A DNA stretch of 31,606 nt from Macrostomum lignano (taxonomy: Eukaryota), in contig NIVC01001562.1 of the NCBI GenBank assembly GCA_002269645.1, positions 1-31,606 of the forward strand, in the 5' to 3' direction. Made by a program: the position numbers and the translations under genes. Positions 22,694 through 31,606 of the stretch are shown piece after piece; position 1 is the stretch's first letter; each line of letters opens with the position of its first letter. The notes under the pieces were generated by a model. It was not told the DNA's origin, did no database searches, and worked only from the letters and a program-made list of their open reading frames with translations.

Positions 22694-23094
22694 CTAGTGG
22701 TATACTTGGGGGAAGGGGATATAGGGATATATCTCTCCCTATTTTGATGATTTATAATAAAAAATGAGGTTTTTTAAAAAATACAAAATAAAATGGCTGA
22801 CTTGGCAAAATTGCTAAAAAATTGGCCTATTTCAGCTATAAATTACTATTAAAATGTTTTAAACAATATTTCTGTGAATCCTTAGTAGGACCATAGTTCC
22901 TAAAATGCCATAGATAGAATAGACATCTATTGGCTTTATTTAGATTTTAACAAAAAAAAAGTTTTTTTAGCCCAATAAACATGGTTTTGGTACTTTTAAA
23001 ATGCATATCTTAAGCAAAAAATGGTAAAGTTTTTTAGTCTACAATTTTGTCCCTAGGCCTATCCACTCTTTTTAAAATCTTAGCTACACCATTG
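22694..23094. mobile_element. Possible decayed MITE with CpG-eroded CAGTGGCGTAGC-like termini
   Basis: The left end tagtggtatacttgggggaagggg and the right end ttagctacaccattg (revcomp caatggtgtagctaa) can both be derived from cagtggcgtagc mainly by C>T/G>A changes. The match is degenerate and no TSD was identified. Confidence 0.3.
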
Positions 23095-23152
23095 ATTATT
23101 TATCACCATAGTACACATTTAACAAATAACAATATTATTATTAGTGGGTAGT

Positions 23153-23673
23153 ACCCATAGTCAGGAAAATGGCCTTTTTCATGGAAAATTCTAGCACAAA
23201 ATGGGGTTGGACATCAACAGCAAGCAAGGGAGAAAAATCTGGTATAGTACAATGCAAGACAAAAAATTGGCATAATTTAGGGCAAGACAAAAGCTTCCGA
23301 CAAGACAATATTTTCTCTGACAGAAAATTAGCATGTAATTTTTAGATTCAATTAAATAGATTATATAGATTTTTTATTAGCACTTTTTTGCTTGCTGCAA
23401 ATTGCTAGTATATTGATGTCTTTTTTACATTAACATTGCCTTTTCTATGAAACAGATTCAAATACAAGTTTTACTAGTAGGGCCTATGTTTGCATTTTTT
23501 CAAAAAGTTGCAATACATAGTATGAGCAAACTTTTTTTGATAAAAAATAGGCCTAGTTTCAGTGTATGCTGCAAGCAAACTTTTTGATAGGATTTGTTCC
23601 GGCACACAGCGCAATCAAAATTTTTTGATAGAATTTGTTCTGGCACAGGCATGCCATGATCCTGACTATGGGT
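23153..23673. mobile_element. MITE-like element, about 520 bp, TIR acccatagtcagga(aa/tc)atggc
   Basis: A perfect 14-bp inverted repeat (23153-23166 vs 23660-23673) extends to 21 nt with 2 mismatches. The interior is non-coding and the TSD is unclear. Confidence 0.55.
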
Positions 23674-23928
23674 GGGTACCAGTCACTTTGGCAACAAGAC
23701 ATTGTCATTGGCGATAGATTGATTTATATAAATCACTCATCAAATCAAATTAAAATTTTATTCAGCACGCAGTATAATTTCATTCATAAGTTTATTTTGT
23801 TGGCTTTTTGCCAAAATGTCCCCTTTTGTCACTCGAAATGTTCAGTTGTTCCTAAACTGTCGCCAAACAGCCCAAAGTGTCCTTTGCTAATTTGTTTTGT
23901 TGTTGCCGCGCCGAAGTCACTGGTAGCC
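23674..23928. mobile_element. Possible MITE, 255 bp, TIR gg(g/c)taccagt(c/g)actt(t/c)ggc
   Basis: gggtaccagtcactttggc at 23674 vs the revcomp of 23910-23928 (ggctaccagtgacttcggc) match at 16/19. No TSD is seen. Confidence 0.4.
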
Positions 23929-26361
23929 ATTATTAGCATTGATAGATAAAATAGTATAAGTAGGCCTACTAAATGTTACTTAGGCATAATCTCGAATCTC
24001 GATCATCTCGAAAGTAAAGATCTCGAGTCTCAAAAGTTTCGAAAATATGATAGCATCTGACTCTGAAATTGGCTCAAATGCATCTGAAAAATGTACTAAT
24101 TTGCTGTTTCGATTATACATAGAGCTTTCTAAGTGTTAAGTGTCAAGGTGTCAAAATTCTAAGCGCTAATAGTAATACTTTATTTATTTGTGCAAAACTA
24201 AACATCCCACAAGTCACAAAATGATACGAATGATTTTTGGACTAGGATGGATTATGCCGTGCATTATATTTTAATAAATATCCACATGATTTGAATCGCG
24301 TTAGTGGTTTAACTTTTATCATAAATTTTTAAATAATAAAAAAGCCCGTAAAAGTTGCATTGTAACCCATGATAAATCCTATGGCGACATATTTTTCGTT
24401 CTATAATCATGACACTTGTAGCTGGCATAGTTGGTACTATCAAAATGTTGACAAGCGCTTCTAAGAAACTACTTTTTGGAAAAATTAATTTAAATTCTAA
24501 AATAAAACAAATACGATTTATGGTCAGGACCCAGGATTGACAAAATCGGGTAACTTGTCGAAAATGAACCGGAGTGTTAACTAAACTAAAGCATAATGAA
24601 ATTTTCTTTCTGTAATTGACGCAGCCAAAATTTCTGTTAGGGAATGCCAATAGTTTCTAGGGGGCAACTTTATCGCCATTATTTGCTCCTTATCCTAAGG
24701 CCGAGGCAAAGGACTACTAAAGAAGATAACAGGATGGTTTGCATCAAAAAGGGCAGGATTCCTGAATTTGAAAATGCAAACAGCTTTTGGGGTACTTTGA
24801 TTGCATATATGAAGCATATGTGAAGCATGTATTTTACTTTTATTTTTTACAGGGTAGTTCATCTCATTAAAAAGCTCATGCGTATGAATTTTTTTTTCCT
24901 GCCCACTATATTTTCTATCATACAAATCTAATGTAGTTTATCTAATTTGTCGGAACAATTTTGACCGCAGCATCATTCTAACAGTTCTTACATGTACATG
25001 CGTGCGTTTCGTAATTTATGTGGTGCCTAGTAGGACCACTGGAATATACAGTCTAGTACATGATGGAGTCCTTGCGTGTGCACCTTTATTACTTGCATTA
25101 GGAATTTAGGACTTGTAAACTGTTGAACAAAACTGAAGTCGAATAAAAACCAACGACAGGATTTTTCCAATTAGTAAATTGGCATGCAGAATCGTGTATA
25201 TGCATATATTTGCCGTGCTTATCTGCAGCATGCAATAAACGGAGAAAATATACGGCCGTAGTTTATATGATTGAATTAATATTAGGAAGTTTTAAAGCAC
25301 TGGATAAGACGTGCATGACGAAATTATTTAACTTTAATCCCGACAACAATTTTTGACAAGCGCCTTATTATAGCAAAAGTTGCATGCGTAGACAACTAGC
25401 TTGCGAGAATAAAATAAGAATTAATAGGTGCAGCTACGCTCGTATTAATCGCGGTACAGACTACTTGTTACGAGTAGCAAAAACAATTCTATTTTGGGCA
25501 GCAGGCAAGCGGAGCGGGTTGGAAGCGGTACAAGAAGGTAGTTGGAAGCTCGTGTATAACTCCGGTATCTATACACATTGTGCAGAAGGGCTACGCGGGT
25601 AGATTTGGCTGTACTGTCCGAACTGAAAGTATACTTAGCGGCATCTGACAAGTGCGGCCTACAAGTGCATTAGTAAATCGAAAACAAAAAACGGACGAAT
25701 GAAAGCAAAATAAGCAAGAACTTGTGTCCACCGACTGAACTGCCAACAGAGGGGCTGTGACAGCGGAGATCAGCCAATAATTGTAGGACATTGTTAGTTA
25801 GCAGCGCCTTTGCTGACTGACAGAAAGGTTTTGTTATACAGAACAGCACAATCTGGCAATGGAAGACAATAGCAATTAATTAGAATAATTAAGCGAATAT
25901 ATTAGGAATTAACCATTGTGATACTGGCTAAAAATCATTTTTGAACCTGTGAATAAAAATGGATAGTAAACGTGCGAGCGCATGAAGACGCAAAATGTAT
26001 AGCTGAAAAATGATTGCTTAAACCAGATGCAATACAATCTGTATATTATTTGCAGGCACAACATTTCCTTCCCCCTTGCTAGCAAACATTTCTCAGACGG
26101 CCCAGCAGGAGCCTGTGCTAGTTGTGTAAGAGACACATATAGCAGTACAGTTAGCAGTAGAAGCTGGCTAAATAAACTTCACACCATGAACTGACTGCGT
26201 ATCAACCCTTGCTAATGACTGAAGCAATTATAAATAACCATTCTAACATGGTAAAAGAAATTTACAACAGATGAAAGTGGAAGGCGGAAGGGACGCTCGG
26301 TTTTCAGAGCATGCGAGCCTGGATTGGGTCGATAATATGTACATTGGGCGGGCATGGTCAA

Positions 26362-26582
26362 GAGCATGTACATCGAGGGGTAGATAAGATAGATAAGTTT
26401 GCGTGGTTGGGGTGAGTCTGGTGAAGAGCGCATGTACATCGAGGGGTAGATAAGATAGATAAGTTTGCGTGGTTGGGGTGAGTCTGGTGAAGAGCGCATG
26501 TACATCGAGGGGTAGATAAGATAGATAAGTTTGCGTGGTTGGGATGGGTCTGGTGAGGAGCGCATGTACATTGAGGGGTAGG
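26362..26582. repeat. 66-bp minisatellite, about 3.3 copies
   Basis: gagcgcatgtacatcgaggggtagataagatagataagtttgcgtggttggggtgagtctggtgaa is repeated in tandem, giving 22-aa periodicity in ORFs 26212-26571 and 26358-26627. Confidence 0.9.
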
Positions 26583-27300
26583 AAAGTTTTGCTTGGGTAG
26601 ACTAAGTGGGTCAGGTCGGCCTAGCATTAGATGATTCTATAGATAAGGGAATTCTTAGAAATTCTTAGAGGAACGTAGGCTGCTGGGTATTTTACCACGG
26701 CTGGCAGGTGAATGTGCAACAGAAACCGATTTTACAGACGATTAATGACTCTGAATAATACCCGGAGACTAATACAATTATAGTACATACACGAGGAAAT
26801 AGAAAAGCAGTCGGACTTTATCATTAGACTGACTCGGAGAAAGAAGAAGCGCATTAATTAACACTAATTGATAAGATAAAGACTTATGCTTACTATTGCA
26901 TCCTAGCTATCAGATTTCAGCAGCGGTTGAACCAGATGGTACATAAAGACAAACGACAAGGATTCCACTAGCTTAGTCGCAGCTATGCAAAAATAGGATA
27001 ATATACTCGTAAAATAATTATTTAATAGAGCGCTGAGAATAGCGCAAAAAACACAATTATGATAATCTACGAAGACAATAATAACAGACAGTATTATATA
27101 CAATTATGAGCATAAGACATTGGATTGGGACTTCAAAAAATTTCCAAAAAACGACCCCTATGTAGCAGATAATCTAAGAAATCCGTTATAGAGTTACCGC
27201 GTTAACAAAAACAAATGGATTGGTAGTGCAGTGTACACCAATAAGCACAGGGGAGTGTGACGCAGAACTGAGACAAGGCAAAGGGACGGAGCAGGGGTAA

Positions 27301-29620
27301 TTACAATAGGCTGCACTTCGATTTCTTGGCCTGCTTACTGCCGCCTTTGGCGTTGTACAGTCTGAAATTTGGGGGGATGGGGGCAACTGAGATCAGCTTC
27401 CATGGAATTCTTTTGGCTGCTAGGTGCGCTGCTGAGTCCTTCCTCAGTCCTACCATACATACCAGAAATATGGATGTATAAGATCTGAGTACGAGTCCTA
27501 CTCCAACTTCCTCAGTCCCTACTCCAACATGCTCAGTCCCTACTCCAACATGCTCAGTCCCTACTCCAACATCCTCAGTCTCTACTCCAACATGCTCAGT
27601 CTCTACTCCAACATCCTCAGTCCCTACTCCAACATCCTCAGTCCCTACTCCAACATCCTCAGTCTCTACTCAAACATCCTCAGACGTTAAGTACGTCGTT
27701 ATATAACTATGCTATAAAATACTATTTAACATTATAGCAATTAAATATATAATTGTGTGTTAAACACTTTAGAGGATTCTAACACCAAACTGACCGGAAG
27801 CGTCGCCCGAAAAATGACAGGAAGTTTGATTTTTTTAAAGCAACGATTTTAATTGCCGTAGTTTAGTATAAAAAAACTGAACAAAAATACAGTAGCTTTT
27901 TGACACTTAGCCCCATTAGCGTACAGAGGAAATAAACAAAATGCATAGATACTAATGCGAAGATTTTTCCCTCACTCGACTTAGTGATAACGAATCGAGC
28001 AAAAACGAATAACTGACTCACCTGAGCAGTCGCACCAAGTCGTGGAATACCAAGTCAACGTTGAGTCGAGTCTTTGCGCTAGTCTCAATATAAGCGCAGT
28101 AGGGATTAAATTCCTGATGGCGCTGCACTAACTCCTGGGCTAGAGACTGGTCGATGCAGCGATCGTTCTGCAGGTCGATCTTGTTACCCGCCACCATGAT
28201 GGGGAACGCTTCGCGGTCCTTCACCCGGTAGATTAGCTGGATTAGGGAGTCGACCTCTTCGAAGCCTTTCCTGTCTGTGACAGAGAATACAACTAGGAAG
28301 GCCTGGCCTAGTCGCATGTACTGTTCGCGCATTGACGTGAACTCCTCCTGGCCTGAGCGATGTGCAGCATTAGGGTAATGTGAATGGTTTTTGGTGTCTA
28401 GCTATTTGGGATCGCTTTGTATTATTGAAATTGCACATGGTCGGAAGCATACTTGAATCAATAATTGGAAAATTGGCTCTCTCATTGAGGATTTTTACCT
28501 GGGTAACGATCTCCGAGACTTCCACCCCTGGATAATTAGGTCTCTGATTTGGGATCTATCTTGGGGTAATGGGATCTCTGAATAATGGGATATTTAATTA
28601 GGGTACATCTGACCATCTCTTAATAATGGGATCACTTATCAGGGATCTATCTGTGAATAATGGAATCTCTAATTAGGGATCCATCTCTGAATAATGGGAT
28701 CTCTAATTAGGGATCCATCTCTGAATAATGGGATCTCTAATCAGGGATCTATCTCTGAATAATGGGATCTCTAATTAGGGATCCATCTCTGAAAAATGGA
28801 TCTCCAATCAGGGATCTATCTCTGAATATTGGGATCTCTAATTAGAGATCCATCTCGGTATAATGGGATCTCTTATTAGGGATCCATCTCTGAATAATGG
28901 GATCTCTAATTAGGGATCCATCTCTGAATAATGGGATCTCTAATTAGGGATCCATCTCTGAATAATGGGATCTCTAATTAGGGATCTATCTCTGAATAAT
29001 GGGATCTCTTATTAGGGATCTATCTCTGAATAATGGGATCTGTAATTAGGGATCCATCTCTGAATAATGGGATCTCTAATTAGGGATCTATCTCAATGGG
29101 ATCTTTGATTAGGGATCTATCTCTGAATAATGGGATCTCTAATCAGGGATCTATCTCTGAATAATGGGATCTCTAATTAGGGATCTATCTCTGAATAATG
29201 GGATCTTTGATTAGGGATCCATCTCTGAATAATGGGATCTTTAATTAGGGATCTATCTCTGAATAATGGGATCTTTGATTAGGGATCCATCTCTGAATAA
29301 TGGGATCTTTAATTAGGGATCTATCTCTGAATAATGGGATCTTTAATTAGGGATCTATCTCTGAATAATGGGATCTTTAATTATGGATCCATCTCTGAAT
29401 AGTGGGATCTCTATTAGGACTTCATACTGGTATGATGGGCGATTTTCAATAATGTGATAGCAACGCGAAATAGATTACTAAATATTCCAGAAGATAATTT
29501 CAAGCAAGATGACATACCAGCTGTGTCCAGAATATCCAGTCGGGCCATTTCGTTGTCAATGTAGCAGGACTTGCTAAATGAATCCTCAATGGTTGGGTCA
29601 TAGTCCAGGAAAAACTTTGA
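27301..29620 (-). CDS. Ras-family small GTPase, R-Ras/TC21 (or M-Ras) type, 5'-incomplete; exons 29518..29620, 28022..28352, 27301..27361
   Basis: Spliced translation: [35 protein letters not shown]|[69 protein letters not shown]|[19 protein letters not shown]. It has G2 (PT), G3 (DTAG), G4 (NKID), G5 (SAK) and a CaaX box. Junctions are GT-AG and phase-consistent (ttttag|TCA; G|gtatgt..ctcag|GC; AG|gtgagt..tttcag|A). QEEF and RVKDR..FP are R-Ras/M-Ras subfamily features. The P-loop exon was not found in the window. Confidence 0.9.
27494..27683. repeat. 21-bp minisatellite (ctcagtccctactccaacatc), about 9 copies, in the last intron of the Ras-like gene
   Basis: Direct tandem repeat within intron 27362-28021. 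Confidence 0.92.
28550..29415. repeat. 34-bp minisatellite (gggatctctaatta + gggatccatctctgaataat), about 24 copies, in a Ras-like gene intron
   Basis: Dimeric unit of 14 + 20 nt sub-repeats, both starting gggatc. It fills most of intron 28353-29517. Confidence 0.95.
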
Positions 29621-30169
29621 CTAAAAATTTGTGACAAAAACTTTGGTTGATACCGGTATATAACTATCAAAACTAATTTCGAAGTACTGATTTGTTATGC
29701 AAACCTTGTCACAAATTTACTTAGAGTATAAAGTAATATATAATTAAATTTTCAATATTTTAATGCATCAATCTTACTGTTAAATTGCTAAGGTATCTTA
29801 ATGACTGAATAAAAAAGTTTTCAAACAACAATGCAGTTTTGCTAAAACTGTTTAAACTTTTTTTTGAATTTGTAGTTATCAAACATGCAAATTACCTACT
29901 AACTAACCAACAAAGCTTTTATAACTATTAATAATTTAAATTTTAATAGTATTTTGTTATATTGTATAAATAAAGATAGGAAATGACCATAAAAAAATTA
30001 AAGCAAAAGTTCAAGAAAAAACTAGCATTTCTGCCAGTAATTAACAGTAGAAAGACCACGCTATTTTTCCCCATGAGGAAAGACCACCAGGTGTATTTGG
30101 TGCCTTGATAGAAGCACGATGTTGGCGGTGTCAGATCATTGGGCCGCGTGGTGGCACTCCGTTGAAGGT

Positions 30170-31606
30170 CCGAAGGTCGCCTGTATGTCTACAGGTCAAC
30201 CTAGAGGGACAAGAAGTCAAGTATTCACGTCTTCCGCTATGTGCGCCTTGTGTTTGGCCTGATCTCCAGTCCAGCAATCCTGCAAGAAGTTCTGTTTCAC
30301 CATTTCCGCACAATAACCAAGGCTTCCAAGACCGTTTGTCTGAAACTGTCTCAGGACACATACGTCGACAACCTAGTATCTGGCGCAGACTCCAAAGAGG
30401 AAGCTATGGCATTGTATCACATGACGCAGAGCGCGTTCCTGGAAGCATCGATGAATATATACGACTGGCTCTCAAAATGCTCAGCTCTGAACACCACTGC
30501 TCTTGAAGATGGATGTGGCGTGTCACATTCAACCAAATCACCAGTCAAGGTCCTTGGCAAGCAATGGATTCCGGATAGCAACATTCCATTTGCCGATTTG
30601 TGATCATCCAGCAATCGGCTTGTCCGGCAAACGTCTGACCAAGCATTCGACATTGTCAGCATTCTCCAAGATGTTTGACCCTCTTGGCCGTCTTTGCCCG
30701 TTGCTGACGCGAGCCAAACTGCTTTTTCAGCAGAGCTGCAAACTAAAGGTGCCGTGGGACGCTATGCTTCCGGAGCCCCTTCACTCGTAGTGGGTTGAAT
30801 GCTTAGCTGAGTTACGATGTTGGACGATGCCACTCGACCGAAGAGTCTTCAGACAGACGCCCATTGCATGCGAAATTCATGGTTCTGTGATGCATCTCAA
30901 TCGGCCTACGCAGTGTGTGTCTATTTATGGTCTACATTTGATTCAGGTGACGTCCAAGTTGCGCTACTGATGGGCAAAACATGCGTTGCGCCCATAGCTC
31001 CGACGACTATTCCACGGCTAGAGTTGATGGCTGCGAACGAGCTTGCTCAAGCCCTCAACGAATTCCGCGCTGAATATCTGCATGGCTTCATCACCTGCTG
31101 GAGCAACAGCATGGACGTTCTGTGGTGGCTCAAGTCGACACACAAATTGTGGAAGTCATTCATTTAAAACAGAGTTTCCAATGTTCGAGCAGCTGTGCAC
31201 CGAGAAGTGGCGGTTCTTCCCTGGGAGGACAACCCCGCCAACAGTGCGACCCGACCAGTTGTGCCAGGCGCATTCGATTCATTGTCCCTTGGTTTCGGGG
31301 TCCTGGGTGGCTGTCTCTGGATTCCTCACTCTGGCCGGAGCAACCTGTGATAGGCGACCAAAGCTCAAATCATCAAGAAGATGCACACAACTGCGCAGTC
31401 ACACAGACGTCGACGTCAGAGGTACAATCGGCACGCATCCACTCCATCATCGAGGTGCAGTGCATCAATTCCTTGACTAGATTGCTGCGTGTTTTCAGCT
31501 GGGTTCTCCATTCATCAGCATTTTAAAATGGACGTGGCAGGCTACGACTGTCGAGCTGACGCCGGCAGAGCTGTTAAAAGCGGAGGAGTTCTGGATTAAA
31601 TTGCTG
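30170..31606 (+). mobile_element. Degenerate BEL/Pao LTR-retrotransposon pol fragment (RT C-terminal half, connection, RNase H), running off the window end
   Basis: Pao-type motifs occur across shifting frames: FRYVRLVFGLISSPAIL, TYVDNL, KVLGKQW, TKHSTLSAFSKMFDPLGRLCP..AKLLFQ..WD, FCDASQSAYAVCVYL, KTCVAPIAPTTIPRLELMAA, WSNSMDVLWWL, NRV, WRFFPG, RLLRVFSWV. Multiple stops and frameshifts indicate a pseudogene. The left boundary is approximate. Confidence 0.9.

Noticed and set aside
24309-26136. Short ORFs between the Helitron and the Ras-like 3' end
   Set aside because: They have low-complexity, AT-rich codon content and no domain similarity that I recognise. They are treated as intergenic or UTR sequence.

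Overview
Eukaryotic (invertebrate animal-type) genomic DNA with GC/CpG-rich exons in AT-rich, repeat-laden non-coding DNA. (1) A complete 4-exon KSR (kinase suppressor of Ras) gene lies on the minus strand (2372-6750, 867 aa: CC-SAM, C1, FxFP ERK-docking site, RAF-like pseudokinase domain). (2) A 5'-incomplete R-Ras/TC21/M-Ras-type GTPase gene is also on the minus strand (exons 29518-29620, 28022-28352, 27301-27361, ending in CSLL); its P-loop exon is not in the window, and a decayed BEL/Pao LTR-retrotransposon pol fragment (about 30170 to the end) sits in the intron upstream. (3) Between the two genes is a 13,029-bp non-autonomous Helitron (9635-22663, minus strand; 5'-TC...hairpin-CTAG-3' inserted between A and T). 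It has no transposase and is built from about 10 kb of a 23-bp satellite, an 18-bp minisatellite and four copies of a tRNA-derived Pol III cassette (A box, B box, T7). Three internal head-to-tail junctions and 1711/3528-bp higher-order duplications subdivide it. (4) A mariner-type long-TIR MITE lies just upstream of KSR and smaller MITE-like elements lie right of the Helitron; the Helitron flanks are almost CpG-free. Every long intron delimited by two identified exons is dominated by, or contains, its own minisatellite. Most ORFs in the supplied track are repeat or antisense artefacts.
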